From Malacoraja senta (Eukaryota), in contig CM075981.1 in the NCBI GenBank assembly GCA_038087875.1, positions 65,968,001 through 66,032,000 on the forward strand: a stretch of DNA of 64,000 nt, in the 5' to 3' direction. The translations under genes and the position numbers were made by a program. Shown in pieces: positions 13,750 to 27,700 of the stretch; positions within the stretch are counted from its first letter, which is position 1; each line of letters opens with the position of its first letter. Below the pieces are notes generated by a model. That model was not told the origin of the DNA. It made no database searches and was given only the letters and a program-made list of their open reading frames with translations.

Positions 13750-13915
13750 CACCGAGTCAGAAGGTTATAAGTTCAAGGCCTGCTTAATTTACTTAAGTAT
13801 AACATGTTGGTGTTTGCTCCAGTACAGCACTGAGGTCATGGTGCAGATTTACAGATAATGACAAGAATGTCAGAGGCGCTGCCTTTTGGAAGAAGTTTTA
13901 AACCAAGATCCCATA
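13750..13915 (+). mobile_element. Deu-domain SINE 5' portion
   Basis: GAGTCAGAAGGTT..AGTTCAAG (tRNA-like head), CCAGTACAGCACTGAGG, GTCAGAGGCGCTGCCTTT..TTAAACCAAG. Confidence 0.45.
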
Positions 13916-13979
13916 TGTCATCTCATGTAAGAAACGTTTCTTTTTTGGCAGGGCTGGGCCAAACCTAATTGTTCCATTC

Positions 13980-14179
13980 NNNNNNNNNNNNNNNNNNNNN
14001 NNNNNNNNNNNNNNNNNNNNNNNNNNNNNNNNNNNNNNNNNNNNNNNNNNNNNNNNNNNNNNNNNNNNNNNNNNNNNNNNNNNNNNNNNNNNNNNNNNNN
14101 NNNNNNNNNNNNNNNNNNNNNNNNNNNNNNNNNNNNNNNNNNNNNNNNNNNNNNNNNNNNNNNNNNNNNNNNNNNNNNN
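13980..14179. other. Assembly gap (200 N)
   Basis: Run of exactly 200 N. Confidence 1.
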
Positions 14180-14944
14180 TGGGCCAAACCGAAATGTTTC
14201 CATTACATCACCAGAAATGGGCTGCGTTTCTCGTGTTAATATCGATGGGTTTGTTATATCTGTGCCTCTCAAATGTTTTGGAACTTTTGTGCCTATCTGT
14301 TTCGTATAGGAGTTTTTAAAATAGTTTATACGAGCACAAGGTTAAATTCAGTTTTCCAGAAATGCAACACATTCTAATTTAACATTTAAAAGCAACCCAT
14401 GTAGAATGTTACTTCATAAATAATATTAAGAAGCTAGGTTAGGAGTATGAAGTGTTAATTTAATTGGGGACTTCGGAAACCAGTTGCAATCAATCTGAGT
14501 GTTTAAATCCTTCAAATAAATTAGATTTTCATTCCATCTTTCATTCTTTGCGTGTTTGTTTCAGTGAGGTGATACACCAACACCTCGTGTTGCACCTAAG
14601 TACTACTGCAGAACACTGCAGTGTCATTTTCAAAAGAGTGAACAGTAAATTAGACTTTATGGATAATTGATTTTTTTATCGTACTGAAGTTCTGCAGTAA
14701 ATCGTTGAGATGGACGCTGACTAAAGAATGGTGACACGATCGAGCTGCTATATTTTACTTTATTGCTTGCTTTCAAGCACTCATTGCTGCAGATTTCTCA
14801 GAATATTGGAAGTTGCAAGGGTGATTTGCTCACTGCCAAGCCTGACTCATTGGAGATTTGGGGCTTTTCATCTTATTTGTGAATGATTTTTTTACCATAT
14901 TTAATATCTGGTAGTTTGCCTGTGCATGAAAATTAGTTTGTTTA

Positions 14945-15122
14945 TTTTAGTTTAGTTTAGATTATTGTCATGTGTACTGAGGTAGAATGAAGAGCTTTTG
15001 TTGCCTGCTAATCAGTCACCAGACAGACAATACATGATTACAATCGATCCATTTACAGTTTTTATATAAGGTAAAGCCAGCAAAGTCCGATCAAGGATAG
15101 TCCGAGGGTCATCAAAGAGGTA
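14945..15122 (-). mobile_element. Rex1-type LINE/SINE 3' tail
   Basis: (TTTAG)n next to TTATTGTCATGTGTACTGAGGTA, the reverse complement of the ..ATGACAATAA tail also seen at 50820-50880. Confidence 0.55.
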
Positions 15123-15560
15123 TATTAATGTTTGCAAGATCAGATCGAATCACACCAAAAATTATAAGACATGAGCAATCTCTCATTTAGCCATTTTGGA
15201 TTTTATTCTCCTGACAACTAATAGCCCTTGATCTTATTGATTCTGAAGTTGTGGCCTCTGTGTCAATCATTCTATTGTTTCCAACTATATAAATCAGTGA
15301 AAGCATTCAGCCTCATATGTCTTTAATTTTGGTATCTATTTGTCTTTCTTCCAGACCTACCATTTACAAGAAAAAGTATGATTCTATGGACTTCATAAGG
15401 GTGACACAGTAATACATAGCTGTAAGGAAGAGGGACTGGGTGTGCTGACTATGAAAACCTGTGGTATCCAGTCACATTTGGCAAGGATACCGCAAGGATA
15501 CTTCCTACTGATTGCCACCTACTGCCCTTAACTGATGAATCACTGCACCTCGAGAGTGAC

Positions 15561-18500
15561 ACAATAGACAATAGGTGCATTTGGCCCTTCGAGCCAGCAC
15601 CGCCATTCAATGTGATCATGGCTGATCATCCCCAATCAGTACCCCATTCCTGCCTTCTCCCCATATCCCCTGACTCCGCTATTTTTAAGAGCCCTATCTA
15701 GCTCTCTCTTGAAAGCATCCAGAGAACCTGCCTCCACCGCCCTCTGAGGCATAGAATTCCACAGACTCACCACTCTCTGTGAGAAAAAGTGTTTCCTCGA
15801 CTCTGTTCTAAATGGCTTACTCCTTATTCTCAAAACTGTGGCCCCTGGTTCTGGACTCCCCCAACATCGGGAACATGTTTCCTGCCTCTAGTGTGTCCAA
15901 GCCCTTAACAATCTTATATGTTTCAATGAGATCCCCTCTCATCCTTCTAAACTCCAGAGTGTACAAGTCCAGCTGCTCCATTCTCTCAGCATATGACAGT
16001 CCCGTCATCCCGGGAATTAACCTTGTAAACCTACGTGCACTCCCTCAATAGTAAGAATGTCCTTCCTCAAATTAAGGGACCAAAACTGCACACAATACTC
16101 CAGGTGTGGTCTCACTAGGGCTCTGTACAACTGCAGAAGGACCTCTTTGCTCCTATATTCAATTCCTCTTGTTATAAAGGCCAACATGCCATTCGCTTTC
16201 TTCACTGCCTGCTGTACCTGCATGCTTACTTTCATAGACTAATGTACAAGGACCCCCAGATCACGTTGTACTTCCGCTTTTCCCAACTTGACGCCATTTA
16301 GATAGTAATCTGTCTTCCTGTTTTTGCTACCAAAGTGGATAACCTCACATTTATCCGCATTAAACTTCATCTGCTATGCATCTGCCCACTCCCCCAAACT
16401 GTCCAAGTCACCCTGCATTCTCATAGCATCCTCCGCACAGTTCACACTGACACCCAGCTTTGTGTCATCTGCAAATTTGCTAATATTACTTTGAATCCCT
16501 TCATCCAAATCATTGATGTATATTGTAAATAGCTGCGGTCCCAGCACCGAGCCTTGCGGTACCCCACTAGTCACTGCCTGCCATTCTGAAAGGGACCCGT
16601 TATTCCCTACTCTTTGTTTCCTGCTGCCAACCACTTCTCTATCCATGTCAGCACTCTACCCCCAATACCATGTGCCCTAATTTTGCCCACTAATCTTCTA
16701 TGTGGGACCTTACCAAATGCTTTCTGAAAGTCCAGGTACACTACATCCACTGGCTCTCCCTTGTCCATTATCCTAGTTACATCTTCAAAATATTCCAGAA
16801 GATTAGTGAAGCATGATTTCCCCTTCGTAAATCCATGCAGACTCGGACCAATCCTGTTACTTCTATCCAAATGTTCAGCTATCTCATCTTTATAATTGAC
16901 TCCAGCATCTTCCCCACCACCGATGTCAGGCTAACTGGTCTATAATTCCCTGTTTTCTCTCTCCCACCTTTCTTAAAAAGTGGGATAACATTAGCTACCC
17001 TCCAATCCACAGGAACTGATCCTGAGTCTATAGAACATTGCAAAATTATCACCAATGCATCCACGATTTCTGGAGCCACTTCCTTAAGTACCCTGGGAAG
17101 CAGACCATCAGGCCCAGGGGATTTATCAGCCTTCAGTCCCATCAGTCTATCCAACACAATTTCCTGCCCAATGTGGATTTCCTTCAGTTCCTCTGTCACC
17201 CCAGATCCTCTGGCCACTACTACATCAGGAAGATTGTTTGTGTCCTCCTTAGTGAAGACAGATCCAAAGTGCCTGTTCAATTCATCTGCCATTTCCTTGT
17301 TCCCCATAATAAATTCACCTTTTTCGGTCTTCAAGGGTCCAAACTTTGGTCTTAACTAATTTTTTCATCTTCACATACCTAAAGAAGCTTTTACTATCCT
17401 GCTTTATATACTTGGCTAGCTTACCTTTGTACCTCATCTATTCTCCCCGTATTGTCTTTTTGGTTATCTTCTGTTCTTTAAACATTACCCAATCCTCTTG
17501 CTTCCCGCTCATCTTTGCTACGTTGTACTTCTTCGCTTTAATTTTTATACTGCCCCTGATGTCCCTTGTCACCCATGGTCGTCCCTTTCGCCCCTTGGAA
17601 TCTTTCTTCCTCCTAGGAATGAACGGATCCTGCACCTGTATTATTCCTAGAAACACCTGCCATTTTTATTCCACTGTCATCCCTTCTAGTGTGTCTTTCC
17701 AGTCAACTTTGGCCAGCTCCTCCCTCATGGCCCCATAGTCCCCTTTATTCAACTGCAACACTGACAACTCCGATCTACTCTTCTCCCTCTCCAATTGTAG
17801 ATTAAACCTGACCATGTTGTCACTGCCTCCTAATGGCTCATTAACCTCGAGGTCCTTTATCAAATCCGGTTCATTACATAACACTAAATCCAGAATTGCC
17901 TTCTCCCTGGTCGGCTCCAATACAAGCTGTTCAAAGAATCCATCACGAAGGCACTCTACAAAGTCCCTTTCTTGGGGTCCAGTACCAACCTGATTTTCCC
18001 AGTCTACCTGCATGTTGAAATCTCCCATAACAACCACAGCATTACTTTTACTACATGCCAATTTAAACTCCTGATTCAACTTGCGCCCTATGTCCAGGCT
18101 ACTGTTTGGGGGCCTGTAGATTAGTCCCATTAAGGTATTTTTACCCTTACAATTCCTTAGTTCTATCCATACTGACTCCACATCTCCTGTTTCAATGTCA
18201 CCCCTTGCAAGGGACTGAATTTCATTCCTCACCAACAGGGCAACCGCACCACCTCTGCCCACCTGTCTGTCTTTTCGATAGGAGGTATACCCTTGAATAT
18301 TCAGTTCCCAGCCCTGGCCCTCTTGCAACCATGTCTCAGTAATTCCCACAACATCATACTTGCCAGTTTCTAACTGAGCCTCAAGCTCGTCCACTTTATT
18401 CCTTATACTTCGCGCATTCATACACAACACTTTGACCTCCGTATTCACTTCCCCCCTCGCAAATGGCCCTGACCTTACTCTGTTGTCCATTCTCAAGCTT

Positions 18501-18934
18501 TCCTTCCCATTAATTCGAGAATCTTTTGTAATTTTTCCTGCAGCCACTTCCCCTTCAACCATCCTTATACTCCCAATTTGTCAATCCCTCCCCCCCACTA
18601 TTTAGTTTAAACCCACACGTGTAGCCTTAGCAAACCTGCCTGCCAGAATGTCGGTCCCCCTCCAGTTAAGGTGTAACCCGTCCCTTTTGGACAGGTCACC
18701 CCTACCCCAGAAGAGATCCCAGTGGTCTATAAATCTAAATCCTTGCTCTCTGCACCAGCCCCTCAGCCACACATTCAGATCCCCTATCTCCCTGTTCCTG
18801 TCCTCACTAGCACGAGGTACTGGAAGCAATCCAGAGATAACCACCCTAGAAGTCCCGCATTTCAGTCTTCTTCCCAACTCTCTGAAGTCATGTTGGAGAA
18901 CCCCCTTCCACTTCTTCCCGATGTCGTTTGTACC
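15561..18934 (-). mobile_element. CR1 (HER1-like) LINE, 5'-truncated in ORF1, whole ORF2 span but frameshifted
   Basis: ORF1 SGNH esterase GTNDIG..VVISGLLP..DGLHLN (18602-18934); APE NARSIRNK, GITETW, YRPP, MGDFN (17666-18562); [33 protein letters not shown]; tail (CTATTGT)n. Confidence 0.93.
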
Positions 18935-20149
18935 TTTGGAAGGAGCACAGAAATGCAAGGACTTAGAAAGTACTATAGATAGAAGACTTAATTGTCTATA
19001 CTTTGGAGTTGCCCGATAATGACCATCTTCAACCAAAAGTGTTAAGCAGCCATTTTTCACACTAAAGATGGCACACTTACTTTGGCAAGAAGTACCTGAT
19101 CTGCAACCGATGTCATTTAACAAAAAACATTTTATTTTGTCTCAGCCATTTCATGCAGCTGGTGTTCACGCCTTTTAAATCCAATATTTCTAATCGCTTA
19201 GGTAATGAAGCTGAGCAGTAATATGGTGATAGGCTCATGTTCATAGGTACTAATTATTTCTGTGTACCAGTTCAATACGGACTTGTATCTGAACTCAGGC
19301 CCAATTACTCATGTGGGACCAACATGGTTTCCTGATCCTGAGGCCACTCTGTTCGTTGATCTAATACTGTTTGAGGTTAGTGATTCATTGTGGTCTAGCA
19401 TTCCCCATGGATTCCACATGCTTTTGCCAGATGACATTACGGGTTGGGCTTTTTATTGAGTTGAGGTTGTCCTGGGCAGTCTTGGGAACAATTGGCAAGT
19501 CAGCAGTTGGTTCATCTACTGGGCCAGGCAGACAGATGTGAAGAAGCAGATCTCGTGCAATTGCTGGTGTGACAAGTGCTCACCAAGCACACAGATCCAA
19601 CCTGGGGGTGTGAATGGGGGTGGTGGGTGGTGGTAATAGATCCAGCACATGGCTGTAGATTCAATAAAGTGCAACGGCTACATGGAGCATTGACATGGCA
19701 GGTATGGTAGATGGAGCACAGACATGGCAGGTATTGATAATTTCACAGACTCACAAAATGCTTATGGAAAGGAAAAATGTTATTTGGCCCATCATTTCCG
19801 AATCATCTTGATTTAAGACTAATCCAGCTAGGTCTGCTTCCCTGTTCTTTCACCTTTTTCTTTTTTATGAAGAATGTTGTGCCAGAAGTCCACAAAATAA
19901 GCAAGTAATAAACACCGGAAGTGTTTTGTTTTTAATTGCATTAATTCAGATCAGGCTAGATATTTTTTCTTCTCATTGAGTTATAGAAGAAAGATTATAG
20001 AAGAAAAATGTATTACTCTTGAGAACTTATGACGACGATCACGATATATCAAGGCTGGTTCTAGTGTTGTGAGCTGCGTAGGGAATTTGTTTTTGTTTTT
20101 ATATTAACCATGGAATTTTAAACACTGTTTCAATGAAGCTCAATGGAAT

Positions 20150-20585
20150 CCAGAGGAGTATCACCTTATCTTGTGTGGTCATGCGTTACAAGCTTACAGA
20201 CCCAACATCAAATTCAAGAATTTTAAGATTAATTACTGCTATTTAAATTTTGGACAGACTGGTAATAATCCTGATATTGCCATTCATACCTCCATTCAAT
20301 CTTTCTTTTATCTCTTTTCGTGTCCATCCAATCTCTTTGCCTTGTACCATTATGATCTTTTTCACTTCAGCCATTCCTGCCTTTAACTCAATCACAAATC
20401 TCTCCTCTTTGCTCCCCAGCTCTTCGGCAGGATCTGACACATAGAACACATGATTGTGTGCATGCTTGCATCTCAAATTACTTCTTATTCTGTTGAAAGA
20501 GCAGTTCACTAACCTGAAACATTGACACTGGTTCTCTCCTCACAGATACAGCCCAACCAGTTGAGTACATCTTCATGTTCTGGTT
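20150..20585 (+). mobile_element. Very old PLE 3'/pLTR remnant
   Basis: GAGGAGTATCACCTTATCTT..TTACAAGC..AACATCAAATTCAAGAATTT resembles the PLE 3' end; CTGAAACATTGAC..CAGATACAGCC resembles the pLTR. Confidence 0.4.
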
Positions 20586-21400
20586 TAATTTGGGTTCCTA
20601 CCATATGGATTACCCTGTTTCATTATAAATGGAGGTTAACTTGTACTTTACTTGACCTTTGCATTCAATCTATGAACAAATGCAGTATCTCAAATTACAG
20701 TCGTACTAATATTTTGCATCCATCATGATAAAATATCAATTACGAACTTCAGAAAAATAAGTCATATGAAAATGATTTGCAAGACCTGGAGGTACGCTAT
20801 AAAGTACAAAGTACATTTTGGTTTTATTCATGATTAAAATTTCATATTTTTAATGCATCAGAGACTGCACAGAAAAAAAAATCAAAGATAAATCATTTAA
20901 TGTATTATGTTGTCTGAATCATAAATCATGGCATGTAAGTTCCAAGATAATTTTGACTGCTAGATATAAACTCATTTAATAAATGTAAGAAAGTCCCCTG
21001 TACAGTTATAATCTGCATTCTCTTGCTCCGTATCAACTTTCTTTGTGTGCAACTAAACCAAGGTTCCAATCTTATAAAACGTAGTTGTCAAAAATCTATA
21101 GCAAAATATTCACTTCTCCTTATTTGCTATACTCCTGTGACATAGAGGTGTATAAGCTCATTATTTATTTAGAAGTTAATAAGTTTGTTGAAATTAGCTG
21201 AAAAGAAAGTAAAATAAGCAGGTCGTATTTAAAATCCCGAGTATGCAGTCCATAATCACAGCTATTTGCAGTATTCTCTCTGTGCGTTAAAAGACTTGAG
21301 TGTAAAAATCAAAACTGAATTTGACTGAAGAAGAGTGGAGATGTTGCCTTTCTTTTGTGATATTAAACCAAGACCTAACTGCTTTCTATTAGAGATGTAA

Positions 21401-22908
21401 TTTTCAACCTCTCACTTCTGAGGTTCCCACCTGTTTTAAAAGGGCATCAATTATACCAGTGCCCAAGAAGAGAAAGGTGATGTGCCTCAATGACTATCAA
21501 CCAGTGGCACTAACGTCGGTGGTGATGAAGTGCTTTTAGAGGTTGCTCATGGTGCAAATCAACTCCTACCTAGACAAAAACCTGGACCCACTGCAGTTCG
21601 CTTACGGCCACAACAGATCAACGGTGGATGCGATCTCACTGGCTCTCCATTCGCTCTGGACCACTTGGACAACAAAAACTCATATGTCAGGCTGTTATTC
21701 ATTGACTACAGCTCGGCATTTAACACAATCATCCCCTCCAAGCTGGTTACCAAACTCTCAGAACTGGGTCTCTGCGCATCCCTCTGCAATTGGATCCTCG
21801 ACTTCCTCATTCACAGACCAGTCTGTCCGTATTGGTGGAAATGTGTCAGCCTCGATAACAATCAGCACAGGAGCACCTCAAGGCTGCGTGCTCGGCTGTA
21901 CTCACTCTATACTCATGACTTAGTAGCCGGCCATAGTGCGAACTCCATCGTCAAGTTCGCTGATGACACCACTGCTGTGGGACATATCACTGATGGAGAT
22001 GAGTCAGAGTATAGAAGTGAGATCGACCGTTTGACCAAATGATGCCAGCACAATAACCTGGCTCTCAACACCAGCAAAACCAAGGAACTGATTGTGGACT
22101 TTGGAAGGTGTAGGATGGGAACCCATAGTCCCGTTTATATCAACGGGTCAATGGTGGAGAGGGTCAAGAGCTTCAAATTCCTGGGCGTGCACATCTCTGA
22201 AGATCTCTCCTGGTCCGAGAACACGGATGCAATTATAAAGAAAGCACATCAGCGCCTCTACTGCCTGACAAGATTACGGAGAGTCGGTATGTCAAGGAGG
22301 ACTCTCTCGAACTTCTACAGGTGCACAGTAGACAGCATTCTGACCCCCGTGGCTTGGTTCGTCAACTTGAGCGCCCAGGAGCGGAAAAGACATAAAGTTG
22401 TAAACACTGCCCAGTCCATCATCGGCTCTGACCTCCCTACCATCGAGGGGACCTACCGCAGTCGCTGCCTCAAAAAGGCTGCCAGCATCATCAAGGACCC
22501 ACACCATCCTGGCCACTCACTCATCTCCCCGCTGCCCTCAGGTAGAAGGTACAGGAGCCTGAAATCTGCAACATCCAGATTCAGGAATAGCTGCTTCCCC
22601 ACAGCCATCAGGCTATTAAACTCAACTCAATCAAAACTCTGAACATTAATATCTCATTGCACTTTATCTGCTTATTTATTTATGTGTGTATAACCATATA
22701 ACCATATAACCATTACAGCACGGAAACAGGCCATCTCGGCCCTTCAAGTCCGTGCCGAACATTATTATTATTATGTGTATATATATATTCAATGGTATAT
22801 GGACACATTGATCTGTATTTATGCCTACTATATTCTGTTGTGCTGAAGCAAAGCAAGAATTTCATTGTCCTATCTGGGCACATGACAATAAACTATCTTG
22901 AATCTTGA
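21401..22908 (+). mobile_element. Rex1/Babar LINE, 5'-truncated (RT plus 3' tail)
   Basis: [35 protein letters not shown]; tail ATGACAATAAACTATCTTGAATCTTGA; 6-bp TSD ATGTAA at 21395-21400 and 22909-22914. Confidence 0.9.
22691..22763 (-). mobile_element. Ultra-short (~73 bp) CR1 3'-end insertion within the Rex1 tail
   Basis: TAACCATATAACCATATAACCATTACAGCACGGAAACAGGCCATCTCGGCCCTTCAAGTCCGTGCCGAACATT is identical to the CR1 3' end at ~46151-46223. Confidence 0.85.
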
Positions 22909-25900
22909 ATGTAAAAGACTGCAGCTCTGATTTAATGAGCAACAGTGGAGTTTGGCTCAGTGCCGTAACTGATGTTTATCCATCAATCAAAATTATTAAG
23001 AACAAATTATTATTAAGTATCAAATTGTACTTGTGGGAGCTCCTTTATCTAAAATGGCTGCCAATTGACCTGCGCAACAACAGTGCCAAAAACTGGTACT
23101 TTAAAAAGTGCTGTGGGTCCTGGTGAAGTTGTAAAAACTCACAACAACCCCCCCCCCCCCCATTCTGTTATTCTGTTTCTGCTGTCACAATCCTACACAA
23201 AGGAAGTAACCATCTAACCTTTCAATCCAAACACCATTGAGATGTAGGAGGAAATTAGTACACTCGGGGGAAAACTCCACGCAGACTGGAGAAGATGTCA
23301 GGATTCAACCTGGGCAACCAAAGGCTGCTGTAGGGTGTCACTCTAAACAACAACTGATTTATTAGATACTGTAATGTGTATTTCTGTAATGTGTATTAGG
23401 ATCTGTAGACAAAAAAGATTGCAAGAAGCTGGGGGTTGGGGAGGGGGGGTTGGTGAAATTCATCCTCGGTTGCTCAGGGGAGCATAAACTATGCTCATGA
23501 CTGTGGGTTATAATCCACTTCTGAAATGCAATTCCATGGATTCCATTGGAATTGAATTTCAGATGTAGAGTACTAGATGCAGCTGCTATGGTCGTGCATG
23601 TTGATTGCTGCAATTGAGGATGAATTGTTGTGCCCAGGGATATGGGAAAGTGATTCGATTTTAACAGCATTAAAGAAAAATAGAATCGCATTAAGTGCAT
23701 TTTTGAAAATGTTTGAATTTTGAACTAGCATTCTATTGCGTGTTAAAAATTGACTGACAGATTAAATATTATTAAAATTTTATTAACTCATAATCTCTGC
23801 CAATACCTATATAGATTGTCCTCTGTTACTATATTCTCTGAAGGAAGTGCAATTGATTAATTCCTGAACCAGTTCTGGTGAAATTGATTGAAAATTTGAC
23901 CTAAATAACAATTTGATTTTTGAACGATTTGGGACTTGTCATGGTGGTATTCTGAGCTTCCAAGGATTAGTCAGTCCTTCTATTCAGGTGAAATTTTATA
24001 GGATCTTTCAAATACGTTCTCTTTTAGATATGTCCAGGTTAAAATGACTTCACCTGTTCTCATAATTTAAAATAAAATAATTTATTTTTAAGCAAGGGGG
24101 AGTTTGCACAGATCATGCTGCAGAATGATGGCCCGAGGTCACAATTAGTATTTTACATATAAGATGTTGTACTACATAGAGCATTAAACTTGGCACACAA
24201 TTAGAAAGTGTTGCAGGTTTGACTTATCAATTTAAAGTAGAACCAATGTATTGAATGACAGAGAGGCCTCTGTTAGAAGAGGCTCGTGGGAATTACTATG
24301 AAGGTTCAGTGAAATTAGCAGAGAATTAGCAGTAGATTCATGACAATTGTTGTTATGGAAACGGCTATTGAGGTTCAGTTCTTTATAAACCTGACACCAA
24401 GATTTATTTTGATAGCTGAGTTGAAAAACTCTTAAGGGGGATATGATTTTATTTTTTGTAAGGACGGTGTTAGAATTAAACAGTTTTTTAATTCTGCAGT
24501 TTTCCATGAGGTAATATATTGATTAAAAATTCATTTGTCCTGAGAGAAAGAGTGGAAGACAGTTTGAGGCAGGAGATTGGTTTATAATAACCATTGATAT
24601 TGTTGACTTGTTTGGACACAGTAAGAACTGTGGCAGCAGTGTATGATGATGATGATACTATTTTTCTTTTTTGCTCCATTGCAAATGAAAGAAATACTTG
24701 TGACAGAATAGAGAGCATTAACTATTGAAATTGTTGGTGTGTTTGAAAGTGAATCTTTAGTTTTGATTTTTTCTCCAATTCATAATCATGCCATGTCCTG
24801 TTTACCCATCAGCCTAACACTTGATCTACTATTGATCTAAGTCCACCTTAATTTCAATGTTAAAATTCTACTGCTTGTATTATATTCCTTCAGAAGATTT
24901 TTCCCTCATACTATCTTTGAAACTTCTGAGTCCTGCAACTCTAAGAGATTATTTATACTCCTGTTTTTCACCTCTTGTGAATCCACTATTTTAATTCCTC
25001 CAGCCTGTGATCCTAGGCTCTGGAATGCTCTTTCTAAATCTGTCCACCTCTCAATGTCTCCTTGCTCTATGAATCTTCTTCTTCCTTTTCAAACACTACT
25101 CAAATCAAACCGTTTGGTCATCCACTTAATTTCCCCTTTTCTGCTTTCTTCTTTGTTAATATTTCTATAAAGCGCCATGGGATGGTTTTTTACGGCATCA
25201 AAGGAGCTATATAAATCAAGTTGTCCTCTGACTTGAACAATCTGTTAATGAGCAATTCCATGAAACTATTATTGTTTAAATTATTGTACTGTTCAGAGAA
25301 TCATACAAGTAAAATGTATCTATGGTATTAAACGATTAAAGTATAAAGCTCCATTCCATTACTTAGCTGACAGTACATTTCTATATGAAATATAAGGTTA
25401 TGGGTGGGTGTTCCTTTGGATTGTGACTTGCTATTGAACAATTGTGACTCTCCTGTCTAGTATTGAGGCAATGCAATAAAAATGAATTAAACCTCGACCC
25501 TGCCTGCAATCTCGGGGGACATTATTTAAAATGAGACCAGGGCCCTGACTATAACTTATCAATAAATATACCCAACGTTAATAGACTAACAAATCATCAT
25601 CCTATTTTGTTCATGAGTACTTACTATGAGCAAATTGGCTGCTGCAATTTCTTCACTAAGTGATTGCAGATGCAGGATAAGCTATTGACTTTCAAGTGCT
25701 TTAAGGAATCCTGAGGTCTTGGAAGGCATGACATATCAGGAACTGTAATATAGTGGCTAAATTACTGCTCCGGTATTCCAGTGGCATTGACAAAAGGTCC
25801 AGGGAATGGGTTCACCATTCCAGCAGGAGAATTTCAACATAGTTAATTAAATAATTTCAAAATTAAAAATAGTCGTGTTGATACTAAATGAGGTGAATTT

Positions 25901-25926
25901 AGAACAGATTTTGAGTTACTCTGGAT

Positions 25927-26521
25927 CATAGAAACATAGAAAATAGGTACAGGAGTAGGCCATTCGGCCCTTCGAGCCTGCACCGCCATTCAATATGATC
26001 ATGGCTGATCATCCAACTCAGTATCCTGTACCTGCCTTCTCTCCATACCCCCTGATCCCTTTAGCCACAAGGGCCACATCTAACTTCCTCTTAAATATAG
26101 CCAATGAACTGGCCTCAACTACCTTCTGTGGCAGAGAATTCCACAGATTCACCGCTCTCTGTGTAAAAAATGATTTTCTCATCTTGGTCCTAAAAGACTT
26201 CCCCCTTATCCTTAAACTGTGACCCCTTGTTCTGGACTTCCCCAACATCGGGAATAATCTTCCTGCATCTAGCCTGTCCAACTCCTTAAGAATTTTGTAA
26301 GTTTCTATAAGATCCCCCCTCAATCTTCTAAATTCTAGCGAGTACAAGCCGAGTCTATCCAGTCTTTCTTCATATGAAAGTCCTGCCATCCCAGGAATCA
26401 GTCTGGTGAACCTTCTCTGTACTCCCTCTATGGCAAGAATGTCTTTCCTCAGATTAGGAGACAAAAACTGTACGCAATACTCCAGGTGTGGTCTCACCAA
26501 GACCCTGTACAACTGCAGTAG
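25927..26521 (-). mobile_element. CR1 LINE 3' fragment, (TTTCTATG)n tail family
   Basis: ORF 26018-26536 LVRPHLEYCVQF..QRRFTRLIPG..RGDLIETYKI; tail CATAGAAACATAGAAA on + strand. Confidence 0.9.
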
Positions 26522-26599
26522 GATCATCAGTACCATTAGTTAAATTGCTGTGCAATCTCATGCACATCGTATATTCTTATCCAGCATTTATTGTCAAAG

Positions 26600-27700
26600 A
26601 GTGATACAGTGTGGAAACAGGCACTTCGGCCCAACTTGCCACACCGTCCAACATGTCCCAGCTGCACTAGTCCCACCTGCCTGTGCTTGGTCCATATCCC
26701 TCGAAACCTGTCCTATCCATGTACCTGTCTAACTGTTTCTTAACCGTTGGGATAGTCCCAGCCTCAACTACCTCATTTGGCAGCTTGTTCCATACACCCA
26801 CCACCCTTTATGTGAACAAGTTATCCCTCAGGTTCCTATTAAATGTTTTCTCCTTCACCTTGAACCTATGTCCTCTGGTCCTAGATTACCCTACTCTGGG
26901 CAAGAGACTGTGCATCTACTCGATCTATTCCTCTCATGATTTTCTACACCTCTATAAGATCACCCCTCATCCTTCTGCACTTCGAGGAATAGAGACCCAG
27001 CCTATTCAACCTCTGCCTATAGCTCACACCGTCTAGTCCTGGCATCATCCTCGTAAATCTTCTCTGAACCCTCTCAAGCTTGACAATATCTTTCCTGTAA
27101 CATGGTGCCCAGAACTGAACATAATATTCTAAATGCAGTCACACCAACGTCTTATACAACTGCAACATGACCTCCCAACTATACTCTGACTGATGAAGGC
27201 CAATGTGCCAAAAGCCTTTTTGACCACCTTATCTACCTACGACTCGACCTTCAAGGAACCATGCACCTGCACTCTTAGATCCCTCTGCTCTACACCACTC
27301 CCCAGAGGCCTACCATTCACTGTATAGGTCCTGCCCTTGTTAGACATCCCAAAATGCAATTCCATCAACCGTTCCTCAGCCCACCTGGTCAATCGATCCA
27401 GATCCTGCTGCAATCTTTCACAACCATCTTCGCTATCTGCAAAACCTTGCCCTGTATGTTTTCATCCAAATAATTGATGTAGATGACAAACAGTAACGGG
27501 CCCAGCACCGAACCCTGAGGCGCACCACTAGTCACAGGCCTCCTTCCATGGAGCCAATTTGCTATCCATTCAGCTATTTCTCCTTGGATCCCATGCAATC
27601 TAACCTTCCAGAGCAACCTACCATGCAGAGCCTTGTCAAATGCCTTACTGAAATCCATGTATACAACATCTACAGCTCTGCCCTCATTGACCTTTTTGGT
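26600..27700 (-). mobile_element. CR1 LINE RT/3' fragment with internal deletions
   Basis: [12 protein letters not shown] and [18 protein letters not shown] (ORF 27389-27736); CR1-type 3' UTR near 26600. Confidence 0.82.

Larger units (their letters stand above)
21230..23140 (+). mobile_element. Deu-domain SINE split by a Rex1 insertion (21401-22908)
   Basis: GATATTAAACCAAGACC..AGAGATGTAA resumes as ATGTAAAAGA..TTGTGGGAGCT..AAAATGGCTGCC..ACAACAGTG after the LINE. Confidence 0.5.

Noticed and set aside
13898-14319. ORFs spanning the N run
   Set aside because: Artefacts of N codons lacking stops.
19680-19738. ~29-bp tandem duplication ATGGAGCA..GACATGGCAGGTAT
   Set aside because: Two imperfect copies; ordinary local duplication with no further structure.
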